Position numbers and translations under genes: made by a program
Notes under the pieces: model-generated
The model's input: only the letters and a program-made list of their open reading frames with translations
Told to the model about the DNA's origin: nothing
Database searches by the model: none
Part shown: positions 1 to 13,073 of the stretch, piece after piece
Position numbering within the stretch: the first letter of the stretch is position 1
How the letters are laid out: each line of letters begins with the position of its first letter
NCBI RefSeq assembly: GCF_902652985.1
Contig: NC_047024.1
Coordinates: 17,856,001-17,920,000, forward strand
Length of the DNA stretch: 64,000 nt
Direction: 5' to 3'
Origin: Pecten maximus
Taxonomy: Eukaryota

Positions 1-1096
1 CACCTTTGGTGTTGGCATTATAACAGTCGTTGTTGTAGATGACATTGGTGAAATAAGTGGCGGGGCTGGGTGAATGTCACTTGTACCAGAATCGGCCTTC
101 CTCAGAGTTCCAAATAATCCCTCTAGGTCTCTGTTAATACCACCTGACCCATATCGACCTCGGACCTCGGCTTCGTAGCCCTGTAATAGACAAATTAGAA
201 ATTATTGATATTTGTCTTAACGATGCTTTAATTTTATCTAAATGATAGATAACAAATCATTTATTGTATACTAATCCATTTTATATGCCAGTTAAACTTT
301 TATGTGTTTTTGGCAGTGTTTGATACTTACAGAAAATAGATCTTCGCCCCTCTCCCGATAACAGATAGCCATGAGGAAGTCACAGATGTTGGAAAATTCG
401 CTCAGTTTGAGAAAATGTCCTTCTGTGTTTGTGGAAATCGTCTTGTAGAAGTCCTCAACATCTTGGTGTTCAAACACCTGGACACCATATATTTTCACAC
501 CCTGAAAAATAAAGATTGACATTGTTGATTATACAGGAACTAACTCAGTCCTCTTAAGAGATTCATATTGATATTATAAAAGTATAGTTATGTCTGATTA
601 ATACGGCTTATCGATCATTTATGGTTCCATTACTTACCATATTGTGAAGATCATTGACTTCTGCTCTCCAGTCAATGTTATCAACATTCAGTTCATATTC
701 AGGTTCATGGGGTTTGGCGTCTCCAATCATGACCAGGATTTTCTGTGATGTTGGTGTCCATGAGAAATTTTGTCGGACCATTCGGAGAATTAATTCATAA
801 CATTCGTCTTCATCTCCGCCACCAGTTCCTTCCACACCCTTCACGAAGTTACAAAGTTCTACAACGTTTGTACAGAGGTCAAGTTCCTTGGTCAAGTAGA
901 AGACTTTGTCGTCACAGTAATCGCCATGGGCTATGACACCAATTCTGATGCCGGGAATATCCGCCTGGAGGTGCTGAATCATGTCCTGTAGCCTTCCCTG
1001 TACCTCCTCAAGTATGGAGGACATGGATCCAGTAGTATCAAAGGAGAAGACGATTTCAAGGAGTCCTCCAGGGGGAAGGATGGGTGGTGCCGCCAT
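1..1096 (-). CDS. vWA (von Willebrand factor A) domain protein, 5' part; continues beyond the left edge of the window
   Basis: Coding exons 1096-638 (ATG; MIDAS motif FDTTGS, then AHGDYCD, GGGDEDECYE, MIGDAKPH), 501-331 and 180-<1, joined by phase-0 GT..AG introns with the frame preserved. The third exon reads GYEAEVRGRYGSGGINRDLEGLFGTLRK followed by a Pro/Thr-rich linker. An acceptor at 1108-1110 lies just upstream of the ATG. Confidence 0.9.
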
Positions 1097-1643
1097 GATT
1101 ATTAAATCTGAAAGGAGATTTATAGAACAGTTATAGTATGTGCTCCTCCATTACTTTATTTAAATGGTATACTGTAGATAAATATAAGTGAAGTGTGCTA
1201 ACGATTGGTAATATTTACGTCTATACAATGAAAACTTCTAAACTTGCATGAAGATAATAGAAATATTACTGAATTTTGTTTTGTTGAAAACCTATAATTA
1301 TTTCGTTGAAATCACCTTAACCTTAACTTTACGTAGTAGGCCTATATGAAATGAAACAGTCTCTTAAGGCGAACTTTCTTTATAATCCTTACATACGATT
1401 TGTTACTATCAGGGCAAATGAAGGTAAATGCTGTGAGGTTTACTAGCTAAATTTTAACACCAATTACGCTTCCCATAAAATAGTAATGATTAAGTTTGAC
1501 ATTCTTATTCAAAACCTTTAAGATTTGTTTACATTAATCACCTTTTCTAATAACCGTAGAGTAGCTAGGTATATGTAGTTTATAACCAGTCGATACACTG
1601 TATACGTGTGTAGTCGTAGGTATAGTACAGTGAATGTGTTCAC

Positions 1644-1779
1644 CTTGCTGATCCAATACACACTGCTGCCTGTCGTCTGCTCGCAGCCCTATTTATACTG
1701 TTTCACGCGGCAGGATGAGACTTGTTCGCTAAAATACGCTTCTACATGTTTGATCGATTGGTATTGGCGCGCGGAAAAA
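1644..1779 (-). promoter_or_regulatory. Putative core promoter and short non-coding first exon of the vWA gene
   Basis: Minus strand: TATAAATAG at 1697-1689, initiator-like GCAGT about 30 nt downstream, donor CAAG|GTGAAC at 1644/1643, two CCAAT boxes (1757-1761, 1763-1767) and an E2F-like TTTTCCGCGCGCC (1766-1778). Confidence 0.6.
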
Positions 1780-2206
1780 GGCAAAGATGTACCGAATTAG
1801 AAAAATACGTCACAGGCTTTTCGGACTTCTTTATAGAAACCCTCACATCTATAATTATACATATGTCAGCATGTTTAGTATAGAATAAGACAGTATATAG
1901 ACTGTAGCACTATTTCAAGTAATTCGTTTAAAAAATCATTACATACACACGTATAATTTAACAGTAATTATTATTGTATATAGTCATTGTGTAAGGTGTT
2001 GTCAATAATAACACGTTGTTACGTAGCTTATATGTATCATAGACTTGTACTTGTTTTTTTCACCAAGACAGAAACACGGGTATCGAAGTGCTGTCAATGC
2101 TGCTCCCAAAGGTAATATTATATAAAAAATGTAATATCTTCACTCTAGGGTAATTGCATTTATTAAGTACTTTCCAGTATATACTTACTAAAACCCATCA
2201 ATGTCA

Positions 2207-5200
2207 CGATATCCACCTAACTCTGGTTACCTATAAAGTCAAAGGATCTACGATATCGACCTACACTCTGGTTACCTATGAAGTTATAGGATCTACGATA
2301 TCCACCTACACTCTGGTTACCTATAAAGTCATAGGATCTACGATATCCACCTACACTCTGGTTACCTAGAAAGTCATAGGATCTACGATATCCACCTACA
2401 CTCTGGTTACCTATAAAGTCATAGGATCTACGATATCCACCTACACTCTGGTTACATATAAAGTCATAGGATCTACGATATCCACCTACACTCTGGTTAC
2501 CTATAAAGTCACAGGATCTACGATATCCACCTACACTCTGGTTACCTATAAAGTCATAGGATCTACGATATCCACCTACACTCTGGTTACCTATAAAGTC
2601 ATAGGATCTACGATATCCACCTACACTCTGGTTACATATAAAGTCATAGGATCTACGATATCCACCTACACTCTGGTTACATATAAAGTCATAGGATCTA
2701 CGATATCCACCTACACTCTGGTTACCTATAAAGTCATAAGATCTAAGATATCCACCTACACTCTGGTTACCTATAAAGTCATACGATCTACGACATCCAC
2801 CTACACTCTGGTTACCTATAAAGTCACAGGATCTGCGATATCCACCTACACTCTGGTTACCTATAAAGTCACAGGATCTACGATATCCACCTACACTCTG
2901 GTTACCTACAAAGTCATAGGATCTACGATATCCACCTACACTCTGGTTACCTAAAGTCATAGAATCTACGATATCCACCTACACTCTGGTTACCTAAAGT
3001 CATAGGATCTACGATATCCACCTACACTTTGGTTACCTATAAAGTCATAGGATCTACGATATCCACCTACACTCTGGTTACCTACAAAGTCATAGGATCT
3101 ACGATATCCACCTACACTCTGGTTACCTAAAGTCATAGGATCTACGATATCCACCTACACTCTGGTTACCTATAACGTCATAGGATCTACGATATCCACC
3201 TACACTCTGGTTACCTATAAAGTCAAAGGATCTACGATATCGACCTACACTCTGGTTACCTATGAAGTTATAGGATCTACGATATCCACCTACACTCTGG
3301 TTACCTATAAAGTCATAGGATCTACGATATCCACCTACACTCTGGTTACCTAGAAAGTCATAGGATCTACGATATCCACCTACACTCTGGTTACCTATAA
3401 AGTCATAGGATCTACGATATCCACCTACACTCTGGTTACATATAAAGTCATAGGATCTACGATATCCACCTACACTCTGGTTACCTATAAAGTCACAGGA
3501 TCTACGATATCCACCTACACTCTGGTTACCTATAAAGTCATAGGATCTACGATATCCACCTACACTCTGGTTACCTATAAAGTCATAGGATCTACGATAT
3601 CCACCTACACTCTGGTTACATATAAAGTCATAGGATCTACGATATCCACCTACACTCTGGTTACCTATAAAGTCATAGGATCTACGATATCCACCTACAC
3701 TCTGGTTACCTATAAAGTCATAGGATCTACGATATCCACCTACACTCTGGTTACATATAAAGTCATAGGATCTACGATATCCACCTACACTCTGGTTACC
3801 TATAAAGTCATAGGATCTACGATATCCACCTACACTCTAGTTACCTATAATGTCATATAGAATCTACGATATCCACCTACACTCTGGTTACCTATAAAGT
3901 CATAGGATCTACGATATCCACCTACACTCTGGTTACCTATAAAGTCACATGATCTACGATATCCACCTACACTCTGGTTACCTATAATGTCATAGGATCT
4001 ACGATATCCACCTACACTCTGGCTACCTATAATGTCATAGGATCTACGATATCCACCTACACTCTGGTTACATATAAAGTCATACGATCTACGATATCCA
4101 CCTACACTCTGGTTACCTATAATGTCATAGGATCTACGATATCCACCTACACTCTGGTTACCTATAAAGTCATAGGATCTACGATATCCACCTACACTCT
4201 GGTTACCTATAAAGTCATACGATCTACGACATCCACCTACATTCTGGTTACCTTTAAAGTCATACGATCTACGACATCCACCTACACTCTGGTTACCTAT
4301 AAAGTCACATGATCTGCGATATCCACCTACACTCTGGTTACCTATAAAGTCACAGGATCTACGATATCCACCTACACTCTAGTTACCTATAATGTCATAT
4401 AGAATCTACGATATCCACCTACACTCTGGTTACCTATAAAGTCATAGGATCTACGATATCCACCTACACTCTGGTTACGTATAAAGTCATAGGATCTACG
4501 ATATCCACCTACACTCTGGTTACCTATAAAGTCATAGGATCTACGATATCCACCTACACTCTAGTTACCTATAATGTCATATAGAATCTACGATATCCAC
4601 CTACACTCTGGTTACCTATAAAGTCATAGGATCTACGATATCCACCTACACTCTGGTTACGTATAAAGTCATAGGATCTACGATATCCACCTACACTCCG
4701 GTTACCTATAAAGTCATAGGATCTACGATATCCACCTACACTCTGGTTACCTATAAAGTCACAGGATCTACGATATCCACCTACACTCTGGTTACCTATA
4801 ATGTCATAGGATCTACGATATCCACCTACACTCTGGTTACCTATAAAGTCATAAGATCTAAGATATCCACCTACACTCTGGTTACCTATAAAGTCATACG
4901 ATCTACGACATCCACCTACACTCTGGTTACCTATAAAGTCACAGGATCTGCGATATCCACCTACACTCTGGTTACCTATAAAGTCACAGGATCTACGATA
5001 TCCACCTACACTCTGGTTACCTACAAAGTCATAGGATCTACGATATCCACCTACACTCTGGTTACCTAAAGTCATAGAATCTACGATATCCACCTACACT
5101 CTGGTTACCTAAAGTCATAGGATCTACGATATCCACCTACACTTTGGTTACCTATAAAGTCATAGGATCTACGATATCCACCTACACTCTGGTTACCTAT

Positions 5201-8200
5201 AACGTAATAGGATCTACGATATCCACCTACACTCTGGTTACCTAAAGTCATAGGATCTACGATATCCACCTACACTCTGGTTACCTATGAAGTTATAGGA
5301 TCTACGATATCCACCTACACTCTGGTTACCTATAAAGTCATAGGATCTACGATATCCACCTACACTCTGGTTACCTAGAAAGTCATAGGATCTACGATAT
5401 CCACCTACACTCTGGTTACCTATAAAGTCATAGGATCTACGATATCCACCTACACTCTGGTTACATATAAAGTCATAGGATCTACGATATCCACCTACAC
5501 TCTGGTTACCTATAAAGTCACAGGATCTACGATATCCACCTACACTCTGGTTACCTATAAAGTCATAGGATCTACGATATCCACCTACACTCTGGTTACC
5601 TATAAAGTCATAGGATCTACGATATCCACCTACACTCTGGTTACATATAAAGTCATAGGATCTACGATATCCACCTACACTCTGGTTACATATAAAGTCA
5701 TAGGATCTACGATATCCACCTACACTCTGGTTACCTATAAAGTCATAAGATCTAAGATATCCACCTACACTCTGGTTACCTATAAAGTCATACGATCTAC
5801 GACATCCACCTACACTCTGGTTACCTATAAAGTCACAGGATCTGCGATATCCACCTACACTCTGGTTACCTATAAAGTCACAGGATCTACGATATCCACC
5901 TACACTCTGGTTACCTACAAAGTCATAGGATCTACGATATCCACCTACACTCTGGTTACCTAAAGTCATAGAATCTACGATATCCACCTACACTCTGGTT
6001 ACCTAAAGTCATAGGATCTACGATATCCACCTACACTTTGGTTACCTATAAAGTCATAGGATCTACGATATCCACCTACACTCTGGTTACCTACAAAGTC
6101 ATAGGATCTACGATATCCACCTACACTCTGGTTACCTAAAGTCATAGGATCTACGATATCCACCTACACTCTGGTTACCTATAACGTCATAGGATCTACG
6201 ATATCCACCTACACTCTGGTTACCTATAAAGTCAAAGGATCTACGATATCGACCTACACTCTGGTTACCTATGAAGTTATAGGATCTACGATATCCACCT
6301 ACACTCTGGTTACCTATAAAGTCATAGGATCTACGATATCCACCTACACTCTGGTTACCTAGAAAGTCATAGGATCTACGATATCCACCTACACTCTGGT
6401 TACCTATAAAGTCATAGGATCTACGATATCCACCTACACTCTGGTTACATATAAAGTCATAGGATCTACGATATCCACCTACACTCTGGTTACCTATAAA
6501 GTCACAGGATCTACGATATCCACCTACACTCTGGTTACCTATAAAGTCATAGGATCTACGATATCCACCTACACTCTGGTTACCTATAAAGTCATAGGAT
6601 CTACGATATCCACCTACACTCTGGTTACATATAAAGTCATAGGATCTACGATATCCACCTACACTCTGGTTACCTATAAAGTCATAGGATCTACGATATC
6701 CACCTACACTCTGGTTACCTATAAAGTCATAGGATCTACGATATCCACCTACACTCTGGTTACATATAAAGTCATAGGATCTACGATATCCACCTACACT
6801 CTGGTTACCTATAAAGTCATAGGATCTACGATATCCACCTACACTCTAGTTACCTATAATGTCATATAGAATCTACGATATCCACCTACACTCTGGTTAC
6901 CTATAAAGTCATAGGATCTACGATATCCACCTACACTCTGGTTACCTATAAAGTCACATGATCTACGATATCCACCTACACTCTGGTTACCTATAATGTC
7001 ATAGGATCTACGATATCCACCTACACTCTGGCTACCTATAATGTCATAGGATCTACGATATCCACCTACACTCTGGTTACATATAAAGTCATACGATCTA
7101 CGATATCCACCTACACTCTGGTTACCTATAATGTCATAGGATCTACGATATCCACCTACACTCTGGTTACCTATAAAGTCATAGGATCTACGATATCCAC
7201 CTACACTCTGGTTACCTATAAAGTCATACGATCTACGACATCCACCTACATTCTGGTTACCTTTAAAGTCATACGATCTACGACATCCACCTACACTCTG
7301 GTTACCTATAAAGTCACATGATCTGCGATATCCACCTACACTCTGGTTACCTATAAAGTCACAGGATCTACGATATCCACCTACACTCTAGTTACCTATA
7401 ATGTCATATAGAATCTACGATATCCACCTACACTCTGGTTACCTATAAAGTCATAGGATCTACGATATCCACCTACACTCTGGTTACGTATAAAGTCATA
7501 GGATCTACGATATCCACCTACACTCTGGTTACCTATAAAGTCATAGGATCTACGATATCCACCTACACTCTAGTTACCTATAATGTCATATAGAATCTAC
7601 GATATCCACCTACACTCTGGTTACCTATAAAGTCATAGGATCTACGATATCCACCTACACTCTGGTTACGTATAAAGTCATAGGATCTACGATATCCACC
7701 TACACTCCGGTTACCTATAAAGTCATAGGATCTACGATATCCACCTACACTCTGGTTACCTATAAAGTCACAGGATCTACGATATCCACCTACACTCTGG
7801 TTACCTATAATGTCATAGGATCTACGATATCCACCTACACTCTGGTTACCTATAAAGTCATAAGATCTAAGATATCCACCTACACTCTGGTTACCTATAA
7901 AGTCATACGATCTACGACATCCACCTACACTCTGGTTACCTATAAAGTCACAGGATCTGCGATATCCACCTACACTCTGGTTACCTATAAAGTCACAGGA
8001 TCTACGATATCCACCTACACTCTGGTTACCTACAAAGTCATAGGATCTACGATATCCACCTACACTCTGGTTACCTAAAGTCATAGAATCTACGATATCC
8101 ACCTACACTCTGGTTACCTAAAGACATAGGATCTACGATATCCACCTACACTTTGGTTACCTATAAAGTCATAGGATCTACGATATCCACCTACACTCTG

Positions 8201-8418
8201 GTTACCTATAACGTAATAGGATCTACGATATCCACCTACACTCTGGTTACCTAAAGTCATAGGATCTACGATATCCACCTACACTCTGGTTACCTATAAC
8301 GTCATAGGATCTACGATATCCACCTACACTCTGGTTACCTATAAAGTCATAGGATCTACGATATCCACCTACACTCTGGTTACCTATGAAGTTATAGGAT
8401 CTACGATATCCACCTACA
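2207..8418. repeat. 45-bp tandem satellite, about 138 copies, with higher-order structure
   Basis: Unit ATATCCACCTACACTCTGGTTACCTATAAAGTCATAGGATCTACG, with occasional 43- and 47-bp variants. The variant pattern recurs at a 3009-bp offset. Confidence 0.98.
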
Positions 8419-11211
8419 GTTAAGGTCATATTAAACTGGCATCGAAGTAATCCAGAATTTACTCTAACAGAAAGAACCTTCGTCTCACTTCCACTTTTCC
8501 TTTCAGTGAGACAAGAAAAACAGTAATTGTTTGATATTGGTGTTGATGAATTGTTGCTAAACAACTGAAATATTGAAATATGGCATATTCACAGAAGACT
8601 AAGCGATGAAAGAGAAAACAGAAAACGTCTGAATACCTCGTAGAATTTATTGTGAATATATGAATATTTTTTTCATCATACACTATTGCACAGTATCTTC
8701 ATTCATGAAACATAAAGGCGTGAATTGTGTTTACCAACATATCGCTCTGGATACAGCTTCCAAACAGTACAAAGTGGTGTGACATCTTTATATAACTTTC
8801 CTCAGCTAAGAGGAATCCAACATCTAATAACTTGTATCATGAATAATTCAGTATGATAAAGTATTATCACATTTGAAACAAATGTAGCTAGCACTTGTTT
8901 GATGTTTATTAGTATTACGTACAACATCTAGGGAAATGGATTGTGTCCCCTTACACGACTACTAGAGTATCAGTATCAAATCACCCTCAGTTCAATGTAT
9001 AACATGTTTTCAAGCAAAATGAGGTATTATGAAGAAAATTACCGGGACAATGTTTACATGAATTGTTTAAATTACAGCAATAAACAAAAAATTCATTAAA
9101 ACACAGTAAACACCCAGTAAATAACTGACTTAGTCTAAGTATAAACCTGAAATTTAAAGTAAAAACAGCTGCATTAAAGAAATAATATCAATACTTTATC
9201 CTAAGATATCAGCCCCAGTTCATGTGAAGTTGTAATATCACTTTCAACAATATAAGCATTGCGCTCATTGCAAGTCAGCCTTTGATGAAATTATAAAATC
9301 ATTTTTGGTCGACTGATGTCGAGTAGGTAATGGTCGTATAGAAATTAAAGGGTAAAACATGTTTTGAAGAAATAGAGATAGTTTTACATCTTAATGCACA
9401 ATGGAATTGATATCTTAACTGAATTTCTATCAATAGAAATACTGAAGGGTGATTGAAGTGAAAATATACATCTGAATAATTCAAACACCTTAATTTCTCT
9501 CAACATTTTACATTTTTTTTAATCTCAATGTGATAAGACACATCTTTGTCAGTAACAAACTCTTAATACAGAATGTTATGACATTCATTATAAAATATTA
9601 CTGATTTTTTCTTCAGAAAAACTAAAATCATGAATTTTTTTATCCGTGCTTTAATCATTGGTCCTTTAACAATATTTGAAAGACTGATATTGGTCAATTA
9701 TCAAACTATACTACTAGTATTTAGGTAGCAGCCAACATTGTACAACCTAAACTTACATTAATAGTTCTGATGTGATGTACCAACACTACATTTACCTATG
9801 ATAATACATACATGGAAATACAAAACAACTGCCCAATTTATTTCCCTTCTGATATTAGGTATAGCGTGCCTTCTTCAAACTGGGTATACTCAGCTTCAAA
9901 AAATAATAACCCATCTGAAAATAGGCTTCAATATAACAGTATGTGATGATGCCCATCAAAAGACCAGCTAATTTAAGTAGCATATTGTAAGTGGAAAAAA
10001 CGTTTACAGCTTTTCGTCTTCAGAACTCAATTAGCACTTTAACATCCAATACTAACACATAACCTCAGGTACGATGTACTGAAAATTTTGAAAAATTAAA
10101 CTGAAACTGAACATAACTTTTGAACTGGAAATTGATTTGTGGTTTGTTCAAATGTTTACAAATCTAAGACTGTTTCAGGAAATTTTTTTATTACCAACGT
10201 AAGAAAATTTTGAGTTATTATAATCATAGAGAATTTTAATTAATGCTTAAAAGAATTCTGAGTCATTATAATTATATAATAACATTATAATCAATAATTC
10301 AAAGAAGTAACCTAATACACAGAATACAAAATTTCAGTTGAGCCTCTGTCACCAACAATCATACATGCTGTGTGCACTGTCAACCGAAGTATTTTGTGTG
10401 TTCTTTGAGTCCGCAAAGTTGTGTCCCTTGTATTTCTTGGGAAATCGTAGAGTTTGTTTGGTATACTCAACACCCATCACATGTAATTATGGTTGGTGTG
10501 TCTGCTCAATAGTTTCTGAGAAGATCGTGTGATGCTCATGAGTTCCTTGGTGATTTTGTCGTACATACACTGAAGTATGGCTGGTTGTGACGGAGGTTTT
10601 ACATTTACAACAACATGCAGCACATTTCAAGCAGTACATACATACAGACATGGCTAAATTTATACAGACATGGATGAATGATTACATACATGGATGAATT
10701 CACATTTACGTGATGCTTCATACAACTTGTATTTAATACAGTTATAGACATTGAGTAATAATCCATTTTTAGGAAAATCAATATCACATTCCGCAGCAGG
10801 ACAAATATACGTAGTGTACACTGTATACACCTCAATCTTACCTGATCATTATAAACTGTTAACCTCCTGATGAGAACATTGGTCCAGTTATCATTACAAT
10901 GGTACGGGTGAAGATGTACGATAAGACATTGTATGGTAAAATTCACAATTATGGCAGATTTCTGATACATGCATTTTGAAAGACATTTGTAGCAGTGACA
11001 GAATTGTGAGTCACTTTACATGGAATACCAAGCAGTACAATTCCTACTACAACTAACTACTATACCCTACAAATGTACTGAAACATCCCTCAAACATTAT
11101 AATAAACACTGCTCATATGATATCTTCAGTCAACATACAAAATTACTGGATATTTATGAAAATGAAACCCCATATAAATTTCTCATGCACACTTTAAATT
11201 TTTTTTTTTAA

Positions 11212-11295
11212 CACTTTCAACCCTAAGAAACTTTAGTGGACTCTGCCATTCATTTATCATGTGAACTCCCAACATGGTCAGTAGGGGTGAAAGGG
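11212..11295. mobile_element. 84-bp piggyBac-like MITE
   Basis: TTAA on both sides (11208-11211, 11296-11299). Terminal inverted repeats CACTTTCAACCCTA / TAGGGGTGAAAGGG (12/14 match). Confidence 0.6.
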
Positions 11296-11375
11296 TTAAT
11301 TCAGGTTGTCATATACATGTATGTATGCTGATGACTTTTGAAAATGAAACCCACAACAATTATGATTTCTTATCT

Positions 11376-11822
11376 GAACAATCCGTTCAATCACATACAG
11401 AAGTTATTAAGTACGTGTGTAGCTGTGTCACAAGAAATAGCGATCATCTAAACAGTCTGTTCAATCACATACAGAAGTTATTAAGTACGTGTGTAACTGT
11501 GTCACAAGAAATAGCGATCATCTAAACAGTCTGTTCATTCACATACAGAAGTTATTAAGTACGTGTGTAACTGTGTCACAAGAAATAGCGATCATCTAAA
11601 CAGTCTGTTCATTCACATACAGAAGTTATTAAGTACGTGTGTAACTGTGTCACAAGAAATAGCGATCATCTAAACAGTCTGTTCATTCACATACAGAAGT
11701 TATTAAGTACGTGTGTAACTGTGTCACAAGAAATAGCGATCATCTAAACAGTCTGTTCATTCACATACAGAAGTTATTAAGTACGTGTGTAACTGTGTCA
11801 CAAGAAATAGCGATCATCTAAA
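11376..11822. repeat. 74-bp tandem repeat, about 6 copies
   Basis: Unit AAACAGTCTGTTCATTCACATACAGAAGTTATTAAGTACGTGTGTAACTGTGTCACAAGAAATAGCGATCATCT; copies nearly identical. Confidence 0.95.
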
Positions 11823-12751
11823 AGCTTGGTACCGCCAATGTACAACAAAAGGTTGACAGCAAATATATATACAGAGGCTAACTGTTAAATATTTCGAAGG
11901 AACACTTAGTAATAGAGACCAAGTTGAGCAACTAGTCTACATGTACTTTCAGTTTCAACATGAACCATGTTTAGTTTGAACAATTGGTCTAACATACGAA
12001 TCTGCTTAACACCAATATTACCCCTTATGAAATATCTGTTTATAAGAATGAATCATTTGTTTTTTTGAACATTTTTGGAATAACATAAAAGTTATAGAAA
12101 AACCATTGATGAACTGAATATTTAATGTAACAAGCAGTCTAAAATGAATTATAAATTTAATGACCATGTTTTCTGTTGAATTATCTTTATGATGTGAATA
12201 TCATTTCAAATTAAATACCCATAAACATATGTAGAAATCTATATATAGCATGCATGCCTGTTATAATCATAAAGCCATATACCAGCATTTGGGGTCGACA
12301 GCCAAATTGTCTGTAGCAAGTTTATTGTAGATGAAGATTACTCAAAATAAAGCACTTAGTTCATTTGTTGTGTCATGACAAGTTCTTATGGACAACAAAA
12401 TACTAATTCATTAACAACATCAAATAAATATCAGGAGGCAAAACCAATCACAGAAAATCAGCTGATTTAACTTAGACTTACCTTCATTCAAAACTAAAAC
12501 AATCTAGAACATATTAGTAATACTAAAGTAATGATCAGTATGCAGTCTTTTTCATGCATGAATTTATTCAATGAAAAAGTTTCTGATGAATTAAAATCAA
12601 ACAGGTTTTTATCAATGTCACCAGCACATGTAATGGGAAAAAGGCTGTTTAACATGTTTTCAATAAGTGTAAAATACAGGTAATTCTCAGTGACAACGAG
12701 AGAAAAAGGAAAGTAACAATATATATATATGTAATTGTATTTAGTAGTGTA

Positions 12752-12877
12752 AAACAGATGTAATTCTCTGAGAAAGAGAGCAAAATAATGGAAACCATAA
12801 ATAAGTATTTTTAACACATGCAATTCTCCGAGAAAGAGAGCAAAATAATAGAAACCATATATAAGTATGTTTAACAT
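12752..12877. repeat. 60-bp tandem duplication downstream of the TBC1D9 stop codon
   Basis: AATTCTCYGAGAAAGAGAGCAAAATAATRGAAACCATAWATAAGTAT occurs twice, 60 bp apart. Confidence 0.8.
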
Positions 12878-13073
12878 ACAAAGAAAAATACTACAAGATT
12901 ACTTGATACGTCGAGTAAAATGAATATTCTCAGCTGTCAGTAATGAATCTTTACAAAGTTAAGTGTTTTTAACAAAAGACCTCGAGAAAGCTCAATACAT
13001 ATAATGTTTCTAACACATGGTAGGCTACACTCACCAAATAGCCGCCATTTTGTGTCGTGTTATCCTGAAATGA

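Noticed and set aside
2207-8418. CRISPR-like array, or protein-coding ORFs (253, 174, 249, 174 aa) in the 45-bp repeat
   Set aside because: Units are contiguous with no unique spacers, there are no cas genes and the context is eukaryotic. The ORFs arise from a stop-free 45-bp unit and are broken by 43/47-bp variants.
8459-12877. Numerous 60-127-aa ORFs in the ORF track
   Set aside because: They have AT-rich low-complexity composition, no recognisable domains and no consistent splice structure; the region is likely UTR or intergenic.
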